NCBI GenBank assembly: GCA_018052455.1 | Contig: JAGPNE010000001.1 | Coordinates: 60,761-124,760, forward strand | Direction of reading: 5' to 3' | Origin: Candidatus Fermentithermobacillaceae bacterium | GTDB taxonomy: Bacteria; Bacillota; Sulfobacillia; Fermentithermobacillales; Fermentithermobacillaceae | DNA length: 64,000 nucleotides | Shown here: positions 56,160 to 64,000 of the stretch, piece after piece | Layout: every line of letters starts with the position of its first letter | Numbering within the stretch: position 1 is the first letter of the stretch | The notes under the pieces: model-generated | Database searches by the model: none | Told to the model about the DNA's origin: nothing | What the model saw: only the letters and a program-made list of their open reading frames with translations | Position numbers and translations under genes: made by a program

Positions 56160-57338
56160 CTATATGTTTGTGTTCAGAGAAGCTTCTTCTATCCCTAGAA
56201 CGCACTGGCTCACCAGATCGTCTACGTTGAGTTTCCGTTCTGCTGAAATGGCTCCTGCCATTGTCGGTCTCGTGACGGGATGTCTAGGAACAAATATGGA
56301 GCAGCAGTCTTCATAGGGCAGGCAAGATATGTCATATGTTCCAATGCTCCGGGCTGTATCTATGATTTCTGTCTTGTCGAAACAGATCAAGGGCCGTAGA
56401 ACTGGAAACCCTGCCGCTTCTTCAATAACTGTTAGACTCTCTAGGGTTTGACTTGCCACTTGTCCGAGATTCTCACCAGTGAAAATGGCTTGTGAACCGG
56501 TTTTTTTGCAAAACTCAGTAGCAATCCTCATCATCATTCGCCTCATGGTCGTGACCCTGTAGTTTTCAGGGCAATCCTCGATGATCCGGGTCTGGATCTC
56601 AGTAAACGGCGCCACATAAAGGCGTAAGTTTGGGTTGAATTGGGCTAACGCCTTGCATATGTCTACTACCTTATCTCTTGATCTTTCGCCTGTAATTGGA
56701 TAACTCCAAAAGTGCAGAGCGTTGATTTCAACTCCACGTTTCATGGCCATGTAAGCGGACACGGGGCTATCGATGCCTCCTGAGATCAGAACAGTCCCTC
56801 TACCTGAGACCCCTACTGGTAGCCCTCCGGGACCTGGTTCCTCGTTCACGTAAAGGTAGGTCTTTTTGCTGCGAATCTCAATGTGAAGCACGGTGTCGGG
56901 ATTGTGCAAATTCACAGAAACTCCCGGTATGCTTCGTAAAACGGCGTCCCCTATCCTTTGGTTCATCTCAGGTGAAGTAACAGGGAAATCCTTGTTTGGG
57001 CGTTTTGTATTGACTTTGAATGTAGGCATTGCATCTTTCATCAGAGATAACGCCGCCTGTTCGATCTTTTCCATCTCATTTTCGACTACGACAGCGACAC
57101 TTACACCAACAACTCCGGGCACCTTTGAAATGGCGTCCACGTAGGCTTGTTCATCTTCGTGATTAATTCCTATTACATAAAGTCTGCCCTGTGATTTTTC
57201 GACTTTTGCATTTCCCTTAGAGCAGGTCATATTTGCTAATGCGAGTTCTATGTTTCTGCACAGAGTGTCTTCAAAATAACTGCGATTTTGTCCCTTTAGT
57301 CCGATCTCACCGTAACGAACTAGCAGTACTCTTTCCAT
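56160..57338 (-). CDS. thiI: tRNA 4-thiouridine(8) synthase ThiI
   Basis: THUMP domain N-terminus. PP-loop SGGIDSPV. 392 aa. Confidence 0.85.
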   Translation of the reverse strand: MERVLLVRYGEIGLKGQNRSYFEDTLCRNIELALANMTCSKGNAKVEKSQGRLYVIGINHEDEQAYVDAISKVPGVVGVSVAVVVENEMEKIEQAALSLMKDAMPTFKVNTKRPNKDFPVTSPEMNQRIGDAVLRSIPGVSVNLHNPDTVLHIEIRSKKTYLYVNEEPGPGGLPVGVSGRGTVLISGGIDSPVSAYMAMKRGVEINALHFWSYPITGERSRDKVVDICKALAQFNPNLRLYVAPFTEIQTRIIEDCPENYRVTTMRRMMMRIATEFCKKTGSQAIFTGENLGQVASQTLESLTVIEEAAGFPVLRPLICFDKTEIIDTARSIGTYDISCLPYEDCCSIFVPRHPVTRPTMAGAISAERKLNVDDLVSQCVLGIEEASLNTNI

Positions 57339-57372
57339 TTGATCTGCTCCTCGACGAATACATTTTGTGCGC

Positions 57373-58596
57373 CTAGATCGTTTTCTTGCGCCATGGTTTT
57401 AGTTCCTCTAGACAGTCTTCTAACGCTAGGATTGTGGTATCTACATCTGCTTTTGTAGAAAACCTCGACATGGAAAAACGTATGGCGGACCAGGCCTCGC
57501 TCTTAGTCTTTCCCATAGCTAATAGAACTGGGCTTGGTTCCTTCTTTCGCGATGAGCAAGCCGAGCCGGTAGATACAAGTACTCCTCTTTGCTCCAGACC
57601 GTGAACTATGGTTTCACCTCGGAAGCCGGGGAAAGAGAAATTCACAATGTGAGGAGAAGAACCATCGGGCCCTGCCCCATTCAATACTGCGTCCGGGAAA
57701 ATGCCTGTTATTCCTTGGACGAGTCTTTGTCTCAGGTAATAGAGGTTAGTATTAGTCTCTTTTATAGTATTCTTACATAGTTGGGCGGCGATACCAAAGC
57801 CATGGATTCCGGCCACATTTTCAGTACCTGACCGCAGGTTTCTTTCTTGGCCGCCTCCAAATATCAAGGGTTTAAGAGGCGTTCCTTCGCGCACGAAGAG
57901 TGCGCCTGCGCCTTTTGGGCCGTGTATCTTATGTGAGCTCATAGTCAGAAGGTCTATCCCCCATGCTTTTGCGTTGATTTCGACCCGGCCAAGTCCTTGA
58001 ACCGCATCTACGTGGAATCTAGGGCGTTTGGGACCCATTTGTGATAACAATATGCCAATGTCTCTGCATGGCTCAATTGTCCCTACCTCATTCTGTACCA
58101 GCATTATGGATACTAGGCTGGTATCGGGTCTTATGGATGCAATGACAGCTTCGGGAGATACAAGACCCTGTTCATCTACGGGTACGTAGGATACCTCGAC
58201 TCCTGCGCGTTCTAGGTAATTTGCCGTAGCGCTTACAGAAGGATGTTCAACACAAGAGGTCACTATGTGGCGCCTATTGCCACCATAGGCTCTGAGGGTT
58301 CCAAATAGCGCCCAATTGTTGGCTTCGGTTCCTCCTGATGTAAAGTATACTTCAGTTTCATCGGCGCCAATGAGGGTGGCCACTTCATTTCGAGCCTGCC
58401 TCAAAAGCGATTCCGATTCGAGACCGAATCTGTAGAGTGACGACGGGTTTCCGTAAAGGTTTTCCTGGACAAAGGACATACCTTCTATTACTTCTGAACA
58501 CGGCTTCGTCGTTGATGAGTTGTCCATGTACACATAGTTACTAGACTGTTTATTGACCTTGCCCAATTCGAATACCCCCATTGGGATTGTATCCAT
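57373..58596 (-). CDS. cysteine desulfurase (NifS/IscS class V aminotransferase). The true start is probably the internal ATG at 58527 (MDNSSTT).
   Basis: PLP-lysine block SSHKIHGPKG. Catalytic-loop block SACSS near the C-terminus. Adjacent to thiI. Confidence 0.85.
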   Translation of the reverse strand: MDTIPMGVFELGKVNKQSSNYVYMDNSSTTKPCSEVIEGMSFVQENLYGNPSSLYRFGLESESLLRQARNEVATLIGADETEVYFTSGGTEANNWALFGTLRAYGGNRRHIVTSCVEHPSVSATANYLERAGVEVSYVPVDEQGLVSPEAVIASIRPDTSLVSIMLVQNEVGTIEPCRDIGILLSQMGPKRPRFHVDAVQGLGRVEINAKAWGIDLLTMSSHKIHGPKGAGALFVREGTPLKPLIFGGGQERNLRSGTENVAGIHGFGIAAQLCKNTIKETNTNLYYLRQRLVQGITGIFPDAVLNGAGPDGSSPHIVNFSFPGFRGETIVHGLEQRGVLVSTGSACSSRKKEPSPVLLAMGKTKSEAWSAIRFSMSRFSTKADVDTTILALEDCLEELKPWRKKTI

Positions 58597-58716
58597 TCAA
58601 TTGTATACTATACATGTTGTAAGGTGTATGTGAAGTAAAGTGTTGTTTGGGTCGTAATAGGTGGATACAAGGTCTTTATTACGCAGTATCAATTGTCTTA
58701 TCTGGGGTGTGCAGAC

Positions 58717-59466
58717 ATGTGTGCCAGAGCCAAGAATGGAGTCTTTCGGCCAATCGGCAAAGCTATCTCAGACTACGCTCTTATTGGTGCCGGAGATAGG
58801 ATCATAGTCGGCGTTTCAGGGGGAAAAGACAGCCTTTTCATGGCATGGGCCCTTTCTGACATCCTCAGTAGATCGCCAGTGAAGTTCTCAATTGAGGCGG
58901 TCACTATTGATCTTGGTGAACCATGGTCACTTGACGAGGCCTCTTTGCAATTTATCCGAGAATTTCTACAGGAAATCGGTGTTCCCTACTATGTTGTGCC
59001 CTCAAGTATCGCAAAAGTCGTCACGGAATACGAAAGTACAAAGACAAAGTGCTCCTTGTGTTCACGGCTCCGACGGGGATGTTTGTACAAAACTGCCCGA
59101 GAGATGGGCGTTTCCAAAGTCGCTCTTGCACATCACCTAGACGATGCCATCGAGACTTTGCTAATGAACATATTCTACCAGGGGAGAATAGACTGCTTTA
59201 GACCCAAAACGTTTCTTACGAGACAGAGGATAGAGGTTATTCGACCGCTTGTATATGTTGAGGAAAAACACATAGATAAAGCCTCCAAGAGGCTTGGACT
59301 GCCAGTTGCGCCTCCGGTTTGTACTATTTCAGGGAATACTTCTCGCCAGGCAATGAAGGACCTGGTTAGCAAACTGGAACTCACTATCCCTGGCGTCAGA
59401 CACCAGATGATGAATGTCTTAAAAACGTTGTGGGAAGATGAAGGAATTGCAGCAAACTATGAGTAG
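58717..59466 (+). CDS. TtcA-family PP-loop ATPase (tRNA 2-thiocytidine synthetase-like)
   Basis: PP-loop SGGKDS. CSLCSRLRRG CxxC motif and a downstream conserved Cys. About 250 aa. ATG at 58717 preferred over the TTG at 58693. Confidence 0.62.
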   Translation: MCARAKNGVFRPIGKAISDYALIGAGDRIIVGVSGGKDSLFMAWALSDILSRSPVKFSIEAVTIDLGEPWSLDEASLQFIREFLQEIGVPYYVVPSSIAKVVTEYESTKTKCSLCSRLRRGCLYKTAREMGVSKVALAHHLDDAIETLLMNIFYQGRIDCFRPKTFLTRQRIEVIRPLVYVEEKHIDKASKRLGLPVAPPVCTISGNTSRQAMKDLVSKLELTIPGVRHQMMNVLKTLWEDEGIAANYE

Positions 59467-59556
59467 AAACGCTAAGTTTACTTAGAAAGATGAGTTATGG
59501 TAGACTTGTCTGTGACGATTGTGTTTTCCATATTGTTATAGGAAGGTGCTGTAAAT

Positions 59557-61659
59557 ATGAATGATCTAACATCTCTTATGCGTCCCAAATCTGTTGCAGT
59601 GATTGGCGCGTCCAACACTCCGGGTAAGATCGGTTATGCAGTTGTCCGCAACATGATATCGTCCGGATTCAAAGGCGATATTTACCCCATCAATCCAAAA
59701 GAGGCCGAGATAGCAGGGCTCAAGGCATATCCATCAGTAGTAGACATTGGAAAGCCTGTAGACGTAGCAGTAATGTGCGTGCCTGCTAAAGCTTCTCTTT
59801 CAGTTGCCGAAGACTGCGGAAAGGCTGGGGTAAAACATGTTATTGTGATTACGGCAGGGTTCAAAGAAGTAGGTAAAGAAGGTCGTGAACTCGAGCAACA
59901 ACTTGTTGATATCGCAGACAAGTATGGGATGCGGATAGTCGGGCCTAACGTGCTTGGAATCATAGATACTCACGCTCCATTTAACGCAACATTTGCTAGA
60001 GAGATGGCTCTTAAGGGCAATATAGCTTTCATCTCACAAAGCGGTGCGCTTTGTATAGCGATTCTAGACTGGAGCCTTAAAAATGGTTTGGGGTTCAGCC
60101 AGTTTGTTAGCATGGGGAACAAAGCAGACCTTAACGAGGCCGACTTTGTAGAAGTCGCCAGCAGGGATCCTGAGACCAAGGTAATCTGCCTGTACCTAGA
60201 AGACGTTGTCGAGGGTGAGCGGTTTATCAACGTCGCCAGGGAAGCTATTAAACGAATTCCTGTCATTGCCCTCAAATCCGGTGTGAGCTCATCGGGAGCA
60301 AAAGCGGCATCTTCACATACCGGGGCCCTGGCAGGTTCGGATACCGCATACAAGACAGCGTTCAAACATGCGGGAATTCTGAGAGCCTCAACCATGACCC
60401 AGCTTTTCGAACTTGCCAACGCTTTTACAACTCAGCCAATTCCCAAGGGCAAGCGAGTTGCAGTTGTCACAAACGCAGGTGGGTTAGGTATTGTAGCAAT
60501 TGACGCTATCGAACTGGGCGGGCTTGAGGTCGCACGTTTCAGCGAAGACACAATTGCCCTGCTTCGTGAGAAGATGCCTTCAATGGCAAACATATATAAC
60601 CCGATAGACGTCATCGGAGATGCGCATTATGACAGATACGAAGTAGCCCTTGATGCTGCGTTGTCAGATCCTAATGTTGACGCAGTTGCGGTTCTTCTTA
60701 GCCCCACAGCAGTTCTTGAAGTCGATAAGGTAGCCGAAGCTATAGTTGAAGCCAACAAAGAGCATCCGGAGAAGCCAGTTGTAGCTGCTTTCACAGGCGG
60801 CTTTACTGTTGAAGCCGGTGTGGAGTATCTAAAGAAACACGGCGTTCCGATTTTTGCATTCCCCGAAGAAGCTGTTTCTACTCTCATAGGCCTGACTCAG
60901 TTTGCTTCGTTGAGCCAGTCTATATCTGACGGTCAAGAGTGGCTATTTGACGACGTGAACAAGGACCGAGTGAAAGAGATCTTCGAGAGTGTTCGCAAAG
61001 ACGGGCGTGACCTGCTTCTTAGCCCTGAGGCCGCCGAAGTTGCGGAGTGCTACAAAATTCCTGCGGCTCCGTCACGCCTTGCGACTTCAGAAGACGCAGC
61101 AATAAAGTATGCTGCTCAAATGGGCTTTCCTGTTGTTATGAAGATCTGTTCTCCTGATATCATGCATAAGACCGATATAGGAGGAGTAAAGGTAGGTCTC
61201 AGTTCTAATGATGAGGTAAAAGAGGCCTTCAACTCTATAATGGAGAACTCGAAAAAGGCTGCTCCAGATGCCAAGATATACGGTGTTGAAGTTCAGAAAA
61301 TGATGCCCCAGGGTGACGAGGTAATCATTGGCATGATAAAGGATGCTACTTTTGGTCCAATGGTAGCTTTTGGGTCGGGCGGAGTGTTGGTGAACTTGCT
61401 GCAAGACGCTTCCTTTAGGCTTGCTTCAGGTCTTACAAAGCGTGAAGTCGACGAGATGATTACAGAGACCAAGGCATATACAATATTGAAGGGTTTCAGA
61501 GGAGCAGAGCCAGACGATATTCCTGCAATTGCCGAGGCCATAGGGCGCGTGGCTCAGCTATGCCGAGACTTCTCGGAAATATCCGAACTGGATATTAACC
61601 CTGTATTTGCATATCCGGATGGTTTGAGCGCACTTGACATAAAGATCAAACTGTCATAA
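59557..61659 (+). CDS. ADP-forming acyl-CoA/acetyl-CoA synthetase (fused alpha-beta; NDP-forming family)
   Basis: N-terminal CoA-binding domain (SVAVIGASNTPGKIG). CoA-ligase domain. C-terminal ATP-grasp (KICSPDIMHKTDIGGV). 700 aa. Confidence 0.8.
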   Translation: MNDLTSLMRPKSVAVIGASNTPGKIGYAVVRNMISSGFKGDIYPINPKEAEIAGLKAYPSVVDIGKPVDVAVMCVPAKASLSVAEDCGKAGVKHVIVITAGFKEVGKEGRELEQQLVDIADKYGMRIVGPNVLGIIDTHAPFNATFAREMALKGNIAFISQSGALCIAILDWSLKNGLGFSQFVSMGNKADLNEADFVEVASRDPETKVICLYLEDVVEGERFINVAREAIKRIPVIALKSGVSSSGAKAASSHTGALAGSDTAYKTAFKHAGILRASTMTQLFELANAFTTQPIPKGKRVAVVTNAGGLGIVAIDAIELGGLEVARFSEDTIALLREKMPSMANIYNPIDVIGDAHYDRYEVALDAALSDPNVDAVAVLLSPTAVLEVDKVAEAIVEANKEHPEKPVVAAFTGGFTVEAGVEYLKKHGVPIFAFPEEAVSTLIGLTQFASLSQSISDGQEWLFDDVNKDRVKEIFESVRKDGRDLLLSPEAAEVAECYKIPAAPSRLATSEDAAIKYAAQMGFPVVMKICSPDIMHKTDIGGVKVGLSSNDEVKEAFNSIMENSKKAAPDAKIYGVEVQKMMPQGDEVIIGMIKDATFGPMVAFGSGGVLVNLLQDASFRLASGLTKREVDEMITETKAYTILKGFRGAEPDDIPAIAEAIGRVAQLCRDFSEISELDINPVFAYPDGLSALDIKIKLS

Positions 61660-61673
61660 GTCTAGTGAATTAG

Positions 61674-61721
61674 AAAGCCGGAGCGGAGATCAATAAGGCT
61701 CATCGCCGCCCCGGCTTTTTC
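61674..61721. terminator. hairpin between convergent genes, with a T tract on the plus side. Probable terminator.
   Basis: AAGCCGGAGCGG / CCGCCCCGGCTT arms (11 of 12 bp) with a 19-nt loop, followed by TTTTT. Confidence 0.45.
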
Positions 61722-61750
61722 TATCGTTCGCACTGTCTTCGCTATACAGA

Positions 61751-62695
61751 CTATTTCCTGTTTTCTTGCGCTAGATCTCTTATACGCTGAACCGATTCGT
61801 AGGTTACCCCGTAGCTCCCTATTAGGGCTCCATATGGGCGATTATAGCTATGGAAATCAGAGCCTCCCGTAATTGCAAGCCCATGCTCCAAAGCCAAGGA
61901 AGTGTACTTGATCATGGCATTGCGGTCATGCTCGGGGTGGTATACTTCCAATCCCTGGAGTCCGCTTTCGATTAGTTCTTTGAGCAGATGATCCGCATTT
62001 GCCATACCGGGATGTGCCCAGACGGCAACGCCATTTGCTCTTCTTATGGCCTTAACGCATTCAGCGGGAGTCAAACGAAACCTTCCTACATAGGCCGGTT
62101 TACCTAGTCCGATGTACGTGTTGAAAGCCTCTCCTATGCTCCCTACGTAGCCTTCTTCAACCATTACTTCAGCTATATGAGGGCGCCCAACGGATTCTCC
62201 TTTTGCCCTGTCTAATACTTGGGAAATGTCAACGATAATTTCTTGATCTCTTAGTTTATCCAGAATAAGTTTGACTCTTTGAAGCCTCGTTTCTCTTAGC
62301 GAAGCGAGAAGCGACGCAAATTCTTGGCTTTTCGTTTCGCAAAAGTACCCAATCAGGTGTATCTCTCTGGTTTCCCATTCACTGTTTATTTCTATACCTG
62401 GGATGACTTCAATTCCAGAGGCAAGGAGTGTTCCATCAGCAAGCGAGGGATACAGCCTGGAGAGTTCGCTAAATCCGGCGATTGTATCGTGATCGCAGAT
62501 TGAGATCGCTTTGAGATTAGCCTCTAAGGCAACAGACAATACTTCGAGGGGGGTCAGTTGCCCGTCTGATGCCACTGTGTGGATATGAAGATCACAACAA
62601 TCGGAAGAACAACTCTTATGAGCAGCCACCCTGCCTTCCAAGTTTTGTTCTTCTTCAGCTAGTATATTGAAATTTCCGAGACACGCCTTGCTCAA
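61751..62695 (-). CDS. PHP-domain metal-dependent phosphoesterase (TrpH/YciV-like)
   Basis: CDLHIHTVASDGQ N-terminal PHP motif. Later His/Asp-containing blocks. The N-terminal 30 aa of the ORF may not be translated. Confidence 0.62.
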   Translation of the reverse strand: MSKACLGNFNILAEEEQNLEGRVAAHKSCSSDCCDLHIHTVASDGQLTPLEVLSVALEANLKAISICDHDTIAGFSELSRLYPSLADGTLLASGIEVIPGIEINSEWETREIHLIGYFCETKSQEFASLLASLRETRLQRVKLILDKLRDQEIIVDISQVLDRAKGESVGRPHIAEVMVEEGYVGSIGEAFNTYIGLGKPAYVGRFRLTPAECVKAIRRANGVAVWAHPGMANADHLLKELIESGLQGLEVYHPEHDRNAMIKYTSLALEHGLAITGGSDFHSYNRPYGALIGSYGVTYESVQRIRDLAQENRK

Positions 62696-62703
62696 TTACC
62701 CCA

Positions 62704-63006
62704 CTAGCTTCTGGGCCCGACGATAAGTTTTATGGCCGTTCGCTCCTGCCCGTTGATTAGAATATCCGTAAAGGCAGGGACACACACGAGGTCAATTCCA
62801 CTTGGTGCCACAAACCCGCGCGCAATTGCAATTGCTTTTATAGCTTGGTTTACGGCGCCTGCTCCTATTCCTTGTATTTCAGCGTAGCCACGTTCCCTAA
62901 CAACTCCAGCTAGTGCACCTGCAACTGCGTTGGGATTTGATTTAGAAGATACTTTGAGTACTTCGACAGGTGTGATATCTCGATGATCTGCATCAGCTAC
63001 TCCCAA
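62704..63006 (-). CDS. spoVS: stage V sporulation protein S homolog (SpoVS)
   Basis: Near-identical to the SpoVS core: EVLKVSSKSNPNAVAGALAGVVRERGYAEIQGIGAGAVNQAIKAIAIARGFVAPSGIDLVCVPAFTDI...AIKLIVGPR. TTG at 63006 carries a GGAGGG RBS 6 nt upstream. The ORF's ATG at 63057 has none. Confidence 0.8.
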   Translation of the reverse strand: MGVADADHRDITPVEVLKVSSKSNPNAVAGALAGVVRERGYAEIQGIGAGAVNQAIKAIAIARGFVAPSGIDLVCVPAFTDILINGQERTAIKLIVGPRS

Positions 63007-63208
63007 TACTATCCCTCCAATTGTCGTATATTGTTCTAACTTAAGCGTGATAACCATTGATTTACCGTGGTTATGGCTGCCGAATGTTGGTGTATTTCCA
63101 TTCTAATGGCAAACAGTAGTTTTGACAAGAAGTTTCTCGCTGAAATGAGCTAAAAAACTAGACAAAGCCATATTGGGTGATATAAAATTAAGGGTTACGA
63201 ACTATTAT

Positions 63209-63988
63209 CTATTCTCGAATAAGGATGCGCTCGATGTTCTCAGCCTTTCCAGACGAGCTTATCTTAGAAAAAACAGCGCACATCTGCTGTTTTCCTTTGG
63301 CTATTTCGTGTCGCACGGGCATCTGGGTCAAAAAGTGCTTCAGGATTATGTCTTTTTTTACTCCAATTACGCCTTCGTAACTACCTGTCATTCCGACGTC
63401 TGTTATGTAAGCAGTACAGTTTGGTAGGATGCTCTCGTCTGCAGTTTGGACATGTGTGTGGGTACCGAATAGTGCGCTTACCCTACCGTCAACATACCAA
63501 CCAGCCGCTATCTTTTCGGAAGACGCTTCCCCATGGAAGTCTACGACAATTACAGGCGTGATAGTCTGCATTTTGGATATCTCCGAATCCAGTACTCTAA
63601 AGGGGCAGTCGAAACTCTGGGGCGAAAACACTCGTCCGCAGACATTTATAACCCCCACGGTGGTACTGTTATTGGCGACATACACCCCGGAGCCCCTTCC
63701 GGGAACACCAGGTGGGTAGTTAGCGGGTCTTATGATTCTGTCATCTTCATCTATGACAGAATAGATTTCTTTTTTGTCCCAGATGTGATTCCCTGAGGTG
63801 ATAACGTCCGCACCCGCAGAAAACAGCTCGCTGGCCGTCTCTCTTGTAAGACCGGCACCTCCCGCGGCGTTTTCTCCGTTTACTATCGTAAAATCGACAT
63901 CATAAGCCTTTATTAAGCCAGGCAATACTTCCTTCAAGTAATTCCTACCTGGGGAACCAACAACATCTCCTACAAACAGTAAATTCAT
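63209..63988 (-). CDS. ymdB: YmdB-family (TIGR00282) metallophosphoesterase (2',3'-cyclic-nucleotide phosphodiesterase)
   Basis: MNLLFVGDVVG...GENAAGG metallophosphoesterase motifs. 259 aa. Conserved position upstream of spoVS. Confidence 0.85.
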   Translation of the reverse strand: MNLLFVGDVVGSPGRNYLKEVLPGLIKAYDVDFTIVNGENAAGGAGLTRETASELFSAGADVITSGNHIWDKKEIYSVIDEDDRIIRPANYPPGVPGRGSGVYVANNSTTVGVINVCGRVFSPQSFDCPFRVLDSEISKMQTITPVIVVDFHGEASSEKIAAGWYVDGRVSALFGTHTHVQTADESILPNCTAYITDVGMTGSYEGVIGVKKDIILKHFLTQMPVRHEIAKGKQQMCAVFSKISSSGKAENIERILIRE

Positions 63989-64000
63989 GACAATACCTCA

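Noticed and set aside
1-64000. CRISPR arrays, tRNA/rRNA genes, IS elements or prophage remnants
   Set aside because: No intergenic gap exceeds about 250 bp. No repeat-spacer periodicity, no integrase, transposase or recombinase-like ORF, and no cloverleaf-sized conserved gap were seen. The window is core chromosome.

Overview
This 64 kb window is a conserved chromosomal core segment of a Firmicutes-like bacterium, gene-dense and with moderate GC content. The phylum call rests on gene-order signatures: ymdB-spoVS, hflX-ynbB next to mutSL-miaA-hfq, divIB-DUF881-sbp-ftsZ, ruvAB-queA-tgt-yajC, and lspA-rluD followed by a PRTase gene. I see no CRISPR array, no rRNA or tRNA genes, and no integrase, transposase or other obvious mobile element.

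Content runs in this order:
- **Start of window:** mutS2, a divergent class A PBP, and tyrS.
- **Plus-strand run:** nadE-yebC-ruvCAB-queH-spoIID-queA-tgt-yajC.
- **Metabolic module:** a GntR-family regulator fused in operon with a four-subunit 2-oxoacid:ferredoxin oxidoreductase (delta-alpha-beta-gamma), followed by a split methylmalonyl-CoA mutase catalytic subunit and a methylmalonyl-CoA epimerase.
- **Division and cell-wall (dcw) cluster:** mraZ-rsmH-ftsL-PBP2B-murE-murF-mraY-ftsW-murG-murC-ftsQ-DUF881-sbp-ftsZ. murD, murB, ddl and ftsA are absent from it.
- **After ftsZ:** an orphan HlyD-like membrane-fusion protein, yggS, divIVA, an Asp/Glu racemase plus amidohydrolase pair, lspA-rluD-pyrE-like, an NlpC/P60 hydrolase, and lexA.
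- **Minus-strand block:** miaB-mutS-mutL-miaA-hfq-hflX-ynbB, thiI plus a cysteine desulfurase divergent from a ttcA-like gene, an ADP-forming acyl-CoA synthetase, a PHP phosphoesterase, spoVS and ymdB.

No single obviously novel system stands out. The observations I consider most worth follow-up are:
- the GntR-KOR-mutase-epimerase succinyl-CoA/propionate module;
- the orphan adaptor-like protein sitting where spore formers carry spoIIGA-sigE-sigG;
- a candidate Cheo box abutting the ruvC ribosome-binding site, at the head of an operon that may continue through the queuosine genes;
- MraZ-type direct repeats in the mraZ 5' region;
- a terminator-flanked small zinc-ribbon ORF;
- the racemase plus amidohydrolase pair.
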